Positions 50,251 to 64,000 of a DNA stretch of 64,000 bases are shown in pieces; positions within the stretch are counted from its first letter, which is position 1; every line of letters starts with the position of its first letter. The notes under the pieces are model-generated. The model did no database searches. It had not been told where the DNA came from and saw only the letters and a program-made list of their open reading frames with translations. This stretch comes from Amphiscolops sp. MND2022 (lineage: Eukaryota), in assembly GCA_964187785.1 (NCBI GenBank), contig OZ076409.1:28522001-28586000 (forward strand), written 5' to 3'. A program made the position numbers and the translations under genes.

Positions 50251-52257
50251 AATTTCTGTACAATTTCCGAGATTTTAGTCTAACACAATCACCTCAACAA
50301 CGAACGAACGAGCGATGCAATAAATTTTTGAAGATAACGTTGCAGCGTTTTGCTTCAAAAACACTTCAGAATTATTCCAAAGGAGTCAAAGTTGCAACAT
50401 CTTCATTTTCGTGCAACTTTTTGCATGTACTTTTTGAATCGTTTTGGTGTCAGAGTGTTGGCGAACGTTCAATCAAGACTGTACTCATAATCCAGTGGGC
50501 TTTCAATAGGAAATACCATAGGCTCAAGAGTGGAACGTGTAGCTACCAGTAGTGTTTCGAAAAGATATCAGACAAGTTTTTTTGCACAATTTTCAAAAAA
50601 TTGACTTGAAAACATAATTGTCGATATCATTTGTCCAATTTTTAATTTTCCAAAATCTTCAAACAAACACTCGTTATGGAGTACAAATGAAAATGTTTCG
50701 AGCTACTTCGTGTGTTCGAATGGTGTAAACACTCACTAACAACTAAACTCGGTTTCCAGTAGGTTTTCTTTTGAAGAGACATCTGTAAATTCAAATTTTT
50801 TAGAAAAGTTCCTCAAATTGACCTCAAAGTTGTCAAAACTATTTCCAATTTTTACACTTCTGGTGAAACCATGTGCAATAATATAAGAAACCGGGATCAC
50901 TCAACATTCCTAAAATTGCAAAGGACCTAGTTCCAAGCTTTTACCATTTTCTCAGTGCCCAAAAATTACCTCAAGAAATAAGTCTGAGACTTGAAAACCA
51001 CTTTCACCAACATGAATCAATCACAAAAAAATCCAATTTTCGCTTTTTCCGTTAAAGTTCTATTATAGCAAAACGCGTTTCAGCTCGCAAAACTACTTTT
51101 TTCAAGCCGAAATCAGCTATGAAGCAAGGGGGTGGGGTACTCTCTGACCAAATGAAAGTTTCGGAAAATCGCACAGAGCCGAGAGAACTGAAATGAGGTG
51201 TTTTCCATAATCAATCAGCAACGTCGTCAGTCCCATATGATCAAAAGTAACAAAGACGTCACCCTCAAGAGTCCGGAAATTTATTGCCTTTACAGCAAAC
51301 CTTAAAAACTAAAAATTGCGAAAAAATGTTTTACGGAAATTATTCTCAAAAAGTTTATTGAAAACTTTTTTTCTCGGTAAGTCGCATAGTGCCGAAAAAA
51401 CGAAAGGTGGCCAGCTATCGCAGAAATAATAAATTAGATGTTTCCTTTGAATCGGGCTGAGATGAATCAAAGCTTTCTTTTCTTCGAACTTCTTTGCCTT
51501 TTATTAGTGCATTAGCTATTCTTGAGCCTCAAATTTATGTAGTTCTAGAACAGGTTGGGGCGGAAAATCTCTCGCTGCTCAGTGGGCGTCTTGTTTGAAT
51601 CGAGCATTGGATATCAATCAAGAAAAGTAAAGAAAAGTTTTTTTTCATTGGAAAGGAGAATAACAACTTTTTCGTTAAGAGGAGATAACGATCCAATCTG
51701 GTCGAGAAAATAGTTATCAAAACTGTTGAGTGCCCGCCCGAAGAGAACCAGTTAGGGATAATGAAATATGTACTAATCCAATACTTAAAATGCGTCGACT
51801 AATATTCATAACTATAATCGTAAGGAAAATTATTAATCTCGTTCACTGTTTGATATCGCCCACCTTAGGATGTGATCTTCTCATAAAATGTTTTTTTTTT
51901 CATTTCGTCTCAGTCAGCCTCTTGCAGCTGAATTATATTGTTCTACATGAAGTATTCTTCGTCGCAGCGTACCGTATGGCAATTGACTTACTTTTTGATC
52001 AATTATATAAAAATGCGTTCGTAATTACGCGATTCCGCGTTTGTTCTTTTATCACCAATGTTTCAAAAGATAGCTTTGGAAATTCGGAATGTTTCATGGA
52101 AAGTCGCACACGAACTCGAAATTAACCAAGTATCAAAAAACCTCAACATTTTGTCAAGCAACAAAAACACCACTTGTAAAGTATTTTGATAATCACGCGG
52201 GCACTTATCATCTAAATGATCAACCTCATTAGGTAAATTTTAATGAACGTAGCTAAC

Positions 52258-52747
52258 TCTTTAGATTTTGAACGAGCCATAATCCGGATGATGACCAGGA
52301 TATTCAGAATAATCACAACTACACCCGGTATAAAGACCATAAACACTCTATGTGCTGTTACCGAAAGAAGTACCACTCGTTCATTGAGGTAGTCAGCTAC
52401 CCCAAAGCAGATCAGAGTATCATCTTTATCATAAAGGGCTGTGAAAGGAGAGCCTGTAAATAGCGCCACAATGAAAGCGCCCCAACACAACTTCGAAGCG
52501 AATGAAAGCCCTGCTTGTTCTCTATACTTGAAGGGAAAATAAGTAGCATAGAATCTATCTGTTGAAATAACCACCATCAAATTGAGAGATGCCGACAAAG
52601 AGACGTAGAATATCCAGATGTGTAGTTTACAAGCCAGTCTGGGCACTTTGGTGGAATCCAAATATCCGGACACCATAATGAGTTCGAATATATTTTCAAT
52701 CAGGGCAAATATGTCCACCACTGACAGCCAGCATATAACAACGTAAC
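52258..52747 (-). CDS. Rhodopsin-class GPCR exon 2 (TM2-TM5)
   Basis: LSVVD (TM2), CK...ISTDRFYATYFPFKY (TM3, DRY-like) and FIPGVVVIILNILVI (TM5). Acceptor ttttag| at 52748; donor |gttagc at 52257. Confidence 0.88.
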
Positions 52748-53563
52748 CTAAAACCAACTTCAACACAGTTATTCCACTAGAAATTGTCAGAAGTTCTCAG
52801 TTTTTCAAGGTTGCCAACCATTTTCCACATGACTTTTAAATGTTCTTGCGGAAATTTTCATGTATCATTTTTCACTGTTGAAATTGCATTTTATCAAACT
52901 GCCGTAGAGCTGCATCTCAAATTTGGCGGAAATTCGAAACAATGGAATTTTGCAAGTTTTTATATGCAATAGTTTTATCATTTCATGCAATGCGAAGTAA
53001 CTCCGCTCACGTTAAATGTTGAAAATAGTGTCATCTTCAATTTGCTTTTTAGTAACAATGAAAATATGACTTGCTGAGAAAGTTTCCATTTTCATTGGAA
53101 TGCAGCAGTGTTAAAACCGCAGCAGTGTAATTATCCTCCTAATAGCGACGTCATTTATTTCGACCGTAGGGTTTCTTTTTTGGGAATCTATTTTATCAGG
53201 TATTCGACATTTGTTAAAATATCAATTATAAAATAGAAAAAATTAGGAAAATTTGAACACGTTGAAGATGTTTTCCATTTTTAGTCAGCGCTTTATGCAA
53301 TAAAATGCAATTTATATAGTGACTTTTCGTCGTGTTTCTTTTCAATCCGGTCGAAGTGACATTTTCGAGCCGAATGTCGAAATCATTTATCCTCCCTTTC
53401 ATTAATTATTTGTTCATTTGGTTTTCAAGCTGTTTGTTGGTTCAGTTTAGGCATTGCGGGACCTTGTTTTCGAAAAATTGAAATTTCACCCCTTTGGTCT
53501 TTTGATGTTTTTCAATATCTTAGATAGATATCAATCTTTTATGCTCAAGGAGCCCTCCTCGGG

Positions 53564-54716
53564 TGTTGGCGCCCCAAACGAGATGCAGAAAACTTAGCGG
53601 AAAAATAGGTCGATATAGCCTACTTAAAAGTGCTGTAAAATTATGTAGAAGTGTATTTGAGTGCTAGTTTTCACCCAATCCCAATTATTTGACCCCTAGA
53701 AGCTATCCAGACCAAAAAAATGCAAGTCGGAGAGAAAAAATTTTTTGTCGTGTTCTACGCCTCATTTTTGATTGTTTTTCCAAGTTTACTTTAAATTTGG
53801 ACTTTATTCTTTTCCTGTTGTATTTAACTTGTTATGAACTCCATATCTGGGCTACATGGGTGTCCGTGGGACCCATGAGGGTTGTTTGTGAACTTCGCTG
53901 AATATTTAACTGCAAATAACACCTGTAGATCTATGCCTTATTCTTGCTTAAATGTATGCTTTTTATATATACTTTTACATACTTTGGTGTATACCTTAAA
54001 CTCAGTTAAATAGTTTGTTTCTGGGCATTCTATATATCACGGCGCTTGTATCGTGATGGTAAATTTAACCACAAACATCCGCCATTAGGTGATTCTTGTA
54101 TGCTATAGTAACCAGAGTTAACGCCTACTAAGACACAACAGCAACCAAGTACAGATCCAAATCAGTCGACTTTGCTACTCAAGTATTGAAGAAAGCGAAA
54201 ACTTGGAAGTTTCTCGTACAATTAATTCAGTTGACTCTGGCTATTGAAGAGCTTTTTGAGTTGAACGAGTGATTTTATATTGTTTTGAAATTCCAACGTC
54301 AATTTGTTATATTGCATATAGTTGCGATATTTTTTCTTGAGAAAGAAAGTTATCGTGGAGGCAAGGACTTAGATTTATCGTTTGGTTTAGCAGATCAACG
54401 ACGCTACCCCTCATCGAGACAGCTAAGTTGATTCCTATAATCACAATTTAGAGCTCCAAAACTACTTTATGTTTGTGAAACAGAATAAGTGGAAAGTCAA
54501 AGATGCAGTAATTGCTTCGCAAAACTTATTCAAAGTAACGCGAGCTAAGTTTTCCATTGAAATTAGTTGCGATATCACCCAATGAAGGTTTTTGAGTAAT
54601 AGTTTTTGCAAGTGCCTTTCCTGGACAAATCAGTTGTAAAATTGTCCGCAAGTTGTCAACCAGGCCGTCGTAAAGCTTGGTAAGTATGTTTGTTAGTTTA
54701 CCTTGAAGACGTAAAA
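53564..54716 (+). repeat. BEL 5' LTR (1,153 bp)
   Basis: Begins TGTTGGCGCC; diverged direct repeat of 60616-61764. Confidence 0.92.
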
Positions 54717-54719
54717 TTT

Positions 54720-54737
54720 TGGTGCCGCGACCCGGGA
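54720..54737 (+). promoter_or_regulatory. BEL primer-binding site (tRNA-His-like)
   Basis: TGGTGCCGCGACCCGGGA, 3 nt after the LTR. The His assignment is from resemblance to TGGTGCCGTGAC-type PBSs. Confidence 0.7.
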
Positions 54738-54744
54738 AGGCACT

Positions 54745-57700
54745 GTGTTGAATCCGATCAACACTGGATTTGTAAAGCACAAATTGGCAAAAACCAATGA
54801 AAGCGATTTCTGGGACCCCACATATATGATTTCATCAAACTGTGGGGATGAACAAAAAGTCTATTTTACTGGCTGTTTGAAAAAATCATCAACAATGAAA
54901 GAATGGATAGAACACGAAAAACGTGTCTCAGATCATATTTTGATTCTGAGACATTTAGAAGCTGATTTCCAAAATCTGCAAGTTCAGGTTCCAACAGTTT
55001 GGGTAGACGTTGGTAAGTTCTTCGTAACTTACACAATTTCAAAGAGCAAGCTATGCAAGGAATTTGAAAAGCATCTGCCTTTTCTGAAAGATAAGTTCCA
55101 AGGCAGTCGTAAGGAGATCCTGAAAGGATTGAAAAGCGAACTCGAAAACCGCTTTGAGATTCGGAACAAAACTTTTGGAAGCCTCTTGAGCGTGAGGAAG
55201 CATTCATTGCACCTAAAGTATGAAAATGATCTATTGAAGTATTTTAAACTCTGCGATCAGTTTTACGACGCCAAACAAGCAATAATTGCATAATAAACTA
55301 CAATAGACAATCTAATTGAACAAAGCGCAAGGTCAAGTAGAGTGAAAATGGCTATTCAAAAACTTCAAGACAACAAAGCCATTTCAGATAAAAGTCTCAA
55401 AACCAGGCGCAGTCTTCTCAAATCCGGTTCCTTGACCGTGCTAACGACCGCAGAAAACGTCGTCACAGAAATGAACCCTATCATTCAGCAAGCAATGACT
55501 GACGCTTTGAATTATGTTGATAGTTGCAATGCAGCGGCAAAAGATCCGTTGGACAACATCAAAATACCTGAAGTTTCTGGTATGGAAAGTTCAGTGTTAT
55601 CAAGGGATGATGAGAACCGTTCACAAGCAAAGCAAACCACAAATGAGACGCTTGACAAAGGCTTGAAATTGCTCAAAGAAGCAAACCAATCAGCACTTTT
55701 TTTGAAAATTGACGACCGGTTAGATAACTCATCTTGCCATCCTCAATCGGCTACTCTTGGATCCCAGAAAATGTTTTTTTTTGTAGACTACTCTCCTACT
55801 AGAACATTAGCTATAAGTGAGCCAGCCAAAAGTTCCGGTTCAAAGATAAGGTCCAATATTTCGAAAATCAGCGAGCGAAGGCGGTTGGAAATACAAGCTG
55901 AACTGATGGATCAAAAATTACAAATGGAAATAGAAAAAAAAAGAACGTGAGTTGAAACTAGAGAAATCTCGTACAGAAATGGAAAGAAGAGAAGTTGAAA
56001 TGCAGAAGAGGCTGCAAGAATTGCAAGCAGAATCGGAAATTGCTGAATTGAAGAGCAAGAAAGATTTTGAAATGCAGCATATGCAATTGCAAATAGAAGA
56101 AGATGAAGGATCAATTCGTGCTTCTTCAATATGTCCTCGCCTGATGTCTCTTACTCTGGAGGACGACAAAAACAGCGACATCAGAAGTCGGTTAGACCAA
56201 GGTAATTAAGACTTCGATAAGTGCTTCTTACAACCGAGTGAATCAAGCAGAGAAGTAGAAAATAAAAGTGAATCAAGTAAGTCGTCTCAGAAGTTCCAAT
56301 CAATTTATAACCAAAAGAATTAACAATCCCGAGTTCAAAGCAGAGTCGTTAGTAAGTCATCTCAGGGAAAAGACGCGGTTTTTTCAATGCCAAAACCCAG
56401 CATGTTGCCGCAGGAAATAAAGCAGGACTTGAAGTCAAAATTCCAGTTCTCTAAGCCTTTATTCAAAGCTGAAAATGACTTTCCTTCCTTTACACCAGCC
56501 ATACCTGTACAGCAACCTGTACATTTTATTCAAAGAAGTTTACCTAAATTGAAATTATCTGCATTTCATGGAGACCCGTTGGAATGGCCTGAATGGTCTA
56601 GTTTATTCACATCTACCATTCATAATGCTCCAATTGATGACAATGCAAAAATGAGTCATTTGAAAACACTCGTTAAAGGCAAAGCCAAAGCTGCAATTGC
56701 GGGTCTCGGATACTCAGGAGTCATGTACATTTCAGCGTGGAACGCTTTGGTTACTAATTTCGGACGTCCACAAACAATTGTCAATGCTCAGATGAAGCAA
56801 ATCCATATGAGTGCGTTCATCAAGTCGCATGACTCGGCAGCTATTATAAAGTACTCTCAGTTGATTACTACATGTGTCAATGTTTTGAAACAGTTTGGTT
56901 TCACAGGAGACTTAAAATCTGAGTCCGTTCTGATTTCAGCCTTGAGGAAGTTGCCTCCTGAACTGAAAACCAAGTGGTTTTTCCTGGCAAAGAGCAAAGA
57001 ATACTACCACGCTGATCTTTGTAAATTCAGCGAATGGCTGAACGAAGTTGCTTATGTCCACGATGAAATGACAGTGCGATTCAAGTCTCAATCAGAAAAA
57101 AAGTTCTACAGTAATACGGAGAAGGTGAAGACATCAACGTTCGTATCAAGTGATCAAACTAAAACAACTTCAGCACCCAATAAACAATGTCCACTGAAGG
57201 ACAGCGAACACAAAATTTGGATGTGCAGTAAAGTCAAAAAGCAAGCGGTAAACGAAAGGTACGAGACTTTGAAAAATTATGTTTCTGTTGTCTTAACACT
57301 CATCTGTTCAAAGACTGCAAACCAGAACGTGTCTGTGTTGTGAATTGTTGCACTAAGAAACACAACAGGCTTCCACACTCTGATGTTCAGCAAACTGAAG
57401 AGGACAAAAAATTCGAAAAACCCCTGTCTCAAAACAGGGCCGACAGTTCTTCATTGCTTTCAAAGGGAAGCAGTGGTTTCTTACAGTTGATACCAATTTC
57501 AATGGGAAATGACAAAAGAAGCGTTGAGACGATAGCTCTATGTGATACTGGATCCACAGTATCTTTTCTGGACCAAACTTTGGTCGACCTGTTGAAATTG
57601 AAAGGTAAAGAATCTGTAATGTCAGTGGCTGGAATGCATGGGAAATTGAAATTGTTACAGCTAGTATTGGTGCCAGTGAAACAGACACTGCTGGGAGGGA

Positions 57701-60615
57701 ATTAGCTTCTGCAGTCATCCAATCTTGAATGTCGGTGACAAATTCTTTGACTTTAGGAAGATGAAAGAAAACTATGCTCATTTGAAGAATTTGCTGGATA
57801 TAAAGGTCTCAATGGCTGACGTCAAAGTCGTTTTCGGTCAAGATGCGTATCACCTGATCAGACCTTTTGAATACAAGTCAAGTTGTAGGTATGATCCTTG
57901 GGCAGTTAAAACTTCCTTGGGATGGACAGTCAGTGGGGCATTACCCACAAAAGAACCAAAGAGTGTAGCAGCTTCGTGTAGTTTTTCCGTATCTTCGGAT
58001 CCCTTAGCAGATCAAATGAAAATATGATGGGACATGGAGACATATGCGTCTGTGTGTGATGTCTCAGGACGTTCTAAGGAAGAAAAGAGAGCCCAGGCAA
58101 TCTTGGAAAAAACTACCAAACATAATGGCGAATGTTATGAAGTTGGGCTTCTATGGGCTGACGACAACCCTAGCCTGCCTAACAATTATTATTCTGCTTA
58201 CCAACAGTTTCTGTCAATGGAGAAAAGATTAGGCAAGGAGCCAGAGTTGAAAGCAGCTTACAAAGCTACCATTGATAAGGATTTGGAAATTCATTTTGTT
58301 CGAAAATTGGAACAGGAGGAAGTTGAAAGTACAGCGAATGACATGCAATGGTACTTACCTCATCATCCTGTTAAGCACCCAAACAAGCTAGGCAAGGTCA
58401 GAAGAGTTTGTAATGCAGCTTCAAATTTTAAAGGCGTTTCGCTGAATGATAAACTTCTTACTGGACCTGATTTATTGCGTAATTTAGTGGGAATTGTTTT
58501 CAGGTTTAGGGAAAATCAAATAGCGATAACTGCTGATATTGAGTCTATGTTTTAACAAGTAGCTGTTCCGAAAGACGAATGCAAAGTACTTCGTTTCCTT
58601 GGAGAGATGAACCTGACTACAATATTGGAATCTTTGAGTACAACAGATAGGTGTTTGGAGCAAAAATTTCTCTTTTGTTTTGGGCAAATAAAGAATAGCT
58701 CCCATCGAACAATTATCTAAACCTTGTTTAGAGCTTCAAGCAGCTGTGTATTCAGTAAGATTCAGAACCTTGATTGTTGAAGAACATGACTTACAGATTG
58801 ACAGTGTTACTCATTGGACTGACTCAGTTACTGTGCTTCAATGGTTACATTCATCTGACAAACGCCAAAGTGTTTTTGTAGCTAACAGAGCGGCTGAGAT
58901 CTTGGAAAATTCCACAATTGACGAATGGAACAACGTTAAAGGTGATTTGAATCCATCCGATATTGGAACACGTGAAATTACTATACAGAAACTGACTGAA
59001 AGCGATTGGTTATATGGACCAATTTGGCTCAAAGACCATCCTGACGATGTGCCTGTTTCTCTGCAACCAATTACCTTGGTGCCTGATGTACATGCTGCAG
59101 TTGCAGTAATTGCGAACACAAGCATGACTCAGGAGCCAATCTGATTGGAACAGATTTAGTAGCTTTTCCGAATGTGTGCGTGTTATAGCATTTTGTCTAC
59201 GTGTGAAGTTTAGAAGTCAATCCAAAGTTGTACATCCCGGTGATTTGAAACGGGCGGAAGAAAAGGTTTTCAAGCTAATTCAACGAGAATGTTTTACTGA
59301 AGTTCATGAAGGAAAGCAAACGTTCGGTAAGACAAACAAAGTTGAAGATTTGGCAAAGTTTTCTCCATTTTTTGATTATACTGGCATAATAGGGGTAGGA
59401 GGACGTATTAAACATGCAAATTTGAGCTTTGAACAACGACATCTAATTCTCCTGTCAACGAAACATGATTTTGTTAAGGTTTTGTTACGTGATTTACATC
59501 TCGAAAACAACCATGAAGGAGTAGAGTACGTTAGAAGCGTATTCCAACAGAAGTTTTGGATTTTGGGATTTCGAAACGCTTTGAGGAGAATCAAAAACAG
59601 TTGTGTATTCTGTAGCAAATTACGTGCGCAGATAAACCTTCCTCTCATGGCCGCCGATTTACCTACAGAGAGACTTGATTATCAGCCTTACCCCTTTACT
59701 CAAATTGGGATAGATTATTTTGAACCGTTCGAAGTTAAACTGTTACGAAGTTCGATGAAACGTTGGTGCTGTTTATTTACATGTTTAACTACCAGAGCAG
59801 TACACATCGAGGTAGTCTGAAGCCTTGAAACAGACTCCTGCTTGGTAGCTATAAATAGATTTATTGCTAGACGTGGCACGCCAACAACCATTATAAGTGA
59901 TAATGGTTCTAACTTCTTTGGATCTGCAAGAGAGTTGAAAGAGTACATCAACTCGTGGAACCAGCACCAAATAACATCAGATCTAGCTAGCACAAAAGCA
60001 TTTTGTGGGAAATTTCAACCCGCCTGGAGCACCTCAATTTGGGGTAATTTGGGAACTATTGGTCAGAAGTTGCAAGAAAGCAATGAGGTCAATTTTTGGA
60101 AATCGTTCAATGACAGATGAGTTTTTGACTACAATTATGTGCAAGGTTGAGCAATCATTGAATGCGCGACCGATTACCCCAGCAAGCGATGATCCTTCAG
60201 ATTTAGAGGCACTTACGCCCAATCATTTTATGTTGGGACGAGCGAATGTTTGGTTACCCTTTATTCCCAATGCCGCAATTTATTCCAATCATTGGAAAAT
60301 GTTCCGATCGTGCCACGCCTAAGCTGATATGATTTGAAAAAGGTGGGTTAGTGAATATCTTCCACAAAACAATGTCCGAACCCAGTGGAACAAATCAGAG
60401 GCCAATGTTCAAGTTGGTGACTTGGTATGTTTAGTTGATAACAATGTGGAAAGATCACATTACAAGATGGCACGGATCAAAGAAATATACCCAGCAAAAG
60501 ATGGTGTAGTGAGATCAGTGCTCATCAAAAGTCATGATGGTACCTTCAAACGACCTGTAGTACGCTTGGCGCCAGTTTGTAATGAGCGTTTTCAATCTGA
60601 AAACGGGCCCGGCAT
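54745..60615 (+). pseudogene. BEL/Pao gag-pol pseudogene with many stops and frameshifts and an internal RT/RNase H deletion
   Basis: LPKLKLSAFHGDPLEWPEW (Gag), ALCDTGS (PR), WYLPHHPV...LTGPDLL...ADIESMF (RT N-half), HWTDS (RH C-half), GIDYF...RAVHIEV...SDNGSNF (IN). Confidence 0.93.
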
Positions 60616-61764
60616 TGTTGGCGCCTCAAACGAGATGCAAAAAACTTAGCGAAAAAACAGGTCGATATAGCCTTTTTAAAAGTGCTGTAAAGTTATATAG
60701 AAGTGTATTTGAGTGCTAGTTTTTACCCATTCCCAATTATTTGACACCTAGAAGCTATCCTGACTAACAAAATGCAAATCGAAGAGAAATTTTTTTTTGT
60801 GTTCTACGCCCCATTTTTGATTGTTTTTCCAAATTTACTTTAAATTCGGACTTTATTCTTTTCCTGTTGTTTTTAACTTGTTATGAACTCCATATCTGGG
60901 CTACATGGGTGTACGTGGGACCCATGAGGGTTGTTTGTGAACTTCGCTGAATATTTAACTGCAAATAACACCTGTAGATCTATGCCTTATTCTTGCTTAA
61001 ATGTATGCTTTTTATATATACCTTTACATATTTTGTGAATACCCTAAACTCAGTTAAATAGTTTGTTTCTGGGCATTCTATATATCACGGCGCTTGTATC
61101 GTGATGGTAAATTTAACCACAAACATCCGCCATAAGGTGATTCTTATATGCTAAAGTAACCAGAGTTAACTCCTACTAAGACACAGCAGCAACCAAGTAC
61201 AGATCCAAATCAGTCAACTTTGCTACTCAAGTATTGAAGAAAGCGAAAGCTTGGAAGTTTCTCGTACAATTAATTCAGTTGACCCTGGCTATTAAAGAGC
61301 TTTTTGAGTTGAACGAGTGATTGTATATTGTTTCGAAAACCCAACGTCAATTTGTTATATTGCATATATTTGCGATATTTTTGCTTGAGAAAGAAAGTTA
61401 TCGTGGAGGCAAGGACTTAGATTTATCGTTTGGTTTAGCAGATCAACGGCGCTACCCCTCATCGAGACAGCTAAGTTGATTCCTATAATCACAATTTAGA
61501 GCTCCAAAGCTACTTTATGTTTGTGAAACAGAATAAGTGGAAAGTCAAAGATGCAGTAATTGCTTCGCAAAACTTATTCAAAGTAACGCGAGCTAAATTT
61601 TCCATTGAAATTAGATGCGATATCACTCATTGAAGATTTTTGAAAATTAGTTTTTGCAAGTGCCTTTCCTGGACTAATCAGTTGGAAAATTGTCCGCAAG
61701 TTGTCAACCAGGCCGTCGTAAAGCTTGGTAAGTGTTTTTGTTAGTTTACCTTACAGACCTAAAA
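60616..61764 (+). repeat. BEL 3' LTR (1,149 bp)
   Basis: Diverged copy of 53564-54716; followed by TSD TCGGG. Confidence 0.92.
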
Positions 61765-62069
61765 TCGGGTTTTTCGGCACTGCGAATTTTTTAAGGGAAA
61801 TACCATTGCACATAAAAGTTCTTGTACTGATTATCCGATGTTTCTGGCGAGCGAAGCAAAATTGTATTGATGAACATTTTTTCAGACAGAAGATATGACG
61901 ACTTGAATTATTTTTTTCGAAGTGCATTTTTCAAGCCTTAAGCGGCGCCCTGCCGACTTAATGCAGTTCTCGTCTTGCTTCTTTAGACTTTCCATCAACG
62001 AAAGTTGTTTGAAATCTTTACAGTACCGCTGCTGCTCTCATTATTTTGTTATATATAATGAAACCTTAC

Positions 62070-62265
62070 CCGCTTTCCTTTTTTTCTTCACGAGCGCCTT
62101 AGAAACTCCAAACAGAAGAAAATTGCCCATGATTCCCATCGAACACATCAAAATCTGCAAATGTGTGGCAAACGGTAGCAATTTGTATATCAGTGGGAAA
62201 CTATCCACCAAGACATCAACACCATGGATAGATGATGTCGTATTTGAGGCATCGGTGACATCCAT
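62070..62265 (-). CDS. Rhodopsin-class GPCR coding exon 1 (N-terminus with NTT sequon, TM1)
   Basis: MDVTDASNTTSS...LMCSMGIMGNFLLFGV (GN motif). Donor G|gtaagg at 62069 joins exon 2 as KAG-YVVI. The start could instead be ATG 62301. Confidence 0.82.
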
Positions 62266-64000
62266 TTCATACAATAAAAAGATCTGTAAAATATGGTTCA
62301 TTGAAGCAAAATACAGTTAGTTGCAAGAACAGATTTCCTGTTGAGTTTCAGTCGAAAAATAAAATTGAAAGAGTTCTGCTCATTATGTCTCTAAAACTAG
62401 AAGGTATTTTAGTATTGAAAAGCATACAACCTAGAACTAGCTATATTAGATGAAAAATTAAATTAGCATAAATAAACGCCCTTGCTCCAAGAAAACTTGA
62501 TGGAAGCATTGGGAAAAATTCACTTTTATTAATGTTCTGAAGACCTGAACCGTCAAAGAAGTGTACAATAGTGTCAGAGATAAATTGAACTTTCATTTGA
62601 AAAAAAAATAACCAAAGCAATACATGTCTGAATTCTGCTATTATCAAGGGTATTCGAAACTCAAATAAACGGACTTCTACAATTTAGTTGGGCACTTGGA
62701 ACGTAGGTTCACAAGTAATGAAAACTTTCATTACTTGCTAACCTAATTTTTAAGCGCCTGACTGTCGAATAGTAGAATTCAATAAAAAATGAAATTTTAA
62801 AACTTCCTAATTTCATTTTTAATCGAAACCCTTTCCACTAAATTTCCATCGGACAGGTACTTCTTCACTCTCAGAGGACATATGACATTTGTTTAATTTT
62901 GAGAAAGTTTGTGTGTATATATTTTTGAACATGAGTTTTCTACTATTCCATTTTCTTCCCTACCTTATAACATGAGGTGCTGTATTTTCACAAAATTCCA
63001 TCTTTTTGATTCATCAAAAAATTTCGAAAAAATTGAACTCGAACCGAATGTGCTAATTAGAGAAATTACACAATTTATCTGGAACTTGAAATGTCATTCA
63101 CTACCATAAATTTATAAATGGAGAAGGAAAAAGAAATCACCATGTGTAAAGCTAGCTGAAATTAAAGAATTCCTGAACTACTCTAGATGCAACAAACTTT
63201 CAGGGCTCGAGCAGAGCCAAAAACATTGCAAAACTTGCTCAAAGCTTGTTCTATTTTGGAGAATAGAAGCTGTTGGCTAAAAAAAGCGTTCTTTGTTTGA
63301 ACGACAAGTTTCGGGTTATTCAACTGATAAATCAAGAGACCCGAATGGCGCTATTTATTTTGAGGGAGCCAGCATTTCGTGAAAATTTTCAATGGGGTAA
63401 AAAGTCTAGAGGGAGAACCTTTTGTCAAAGAAAACTTTCAAATCCTTGAAAAGGCGAAGTATTTGGAAAAGATTTTCCCAGATTCTCCTTGTAACCAAAA
63501 AATTTTAGGCGAAAAGACTAATCTAATACGTTGTAAAATCTGGCGCAAAAAAAACTGGTCACTTCGTTAATCGAGCACTTTTACATGCGCTGACTGAAAC
63601 CGTGCTGCAAGTTCTTTCGTGTTCTTCCTGGTCACACCTGATTTGTTTTTTGAGAATAATGATTATTGAATCAGTATCAGCTCATTTTCCATCGCTAAAT
63701 ACATTACATCAGAAAGCGGTTTTATCATAGTTCAAATTGACAAGTTCCGAATTTTCGCAACTGTTTGGAGTCGAACTTCCGATTTGTCACTTGAATTCGA
63801 ATCGGAATGACGCCAATAAATTGGACAAATTGTGTTTTCATTATTTTATACGTTACATCATCAGAAAACCACTTGCTGTTTGTCCAATTTGGGAAGTTCA
63901 ATTCTAGTTTCGTCCGATTTTTCACTTTCTACACAAAACGCTATTTACTTCGAATTCAACCCCAGAGTTTTTGGATATACCCCGCTTTATTTCTCTGTTC

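Larger units (their letters stand above)
53564..61764 (+). mobile_element. Decayed BEL/Pao LTR retrotransposon with 5-bp TSD TCGGG, in GPCR intron 1
   Basis: LTRs at 53564-54716 and 60616-61764 with many visible differences. TCGGG at 53559-53563 and 61765-61769. BEL-type protein motifs. Confidence 0.95.

Overview
AT-rich animal genomic DNA, mostly LTR retrotransposons. Two apparently young, full-length, ~19 kb Ty3/Gypsy elements lie on the minus strand (A: 7015-26123; B: 30256-49678). They have homologous proteins but unrelated LTRs. Both share an unusual set of traits: 3-bp target-site duplications (also seen at two related solo LTRs), an identical tRNA-Arg-like PBS set 16 nt away from the LTR, a long 5' leader with ~180-bp periodicity, a ~3,250-aa Gag-Pol carrying a degenerate extra protease-like domain and two C-terminal TARG1-like macrodomains, and a 1,400-1,500-aa ORF3 with an SGNH-like pseudo-esterase where env would be. 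Both inserted within ~2 bp of the same position of the same ~180-bp host repeat unit. The window also holds a 5'-truncated Gypsy pol of another family (1-3070), a decayed BEL/Pao element (53564-61764, 5-bp TSD), and a three-exon rhodopsin-class GPCR host gene (62265-28945, minus) whose introns contain element B and the BEL element. All domain calls are by-eye motif recognition; no searches were run.
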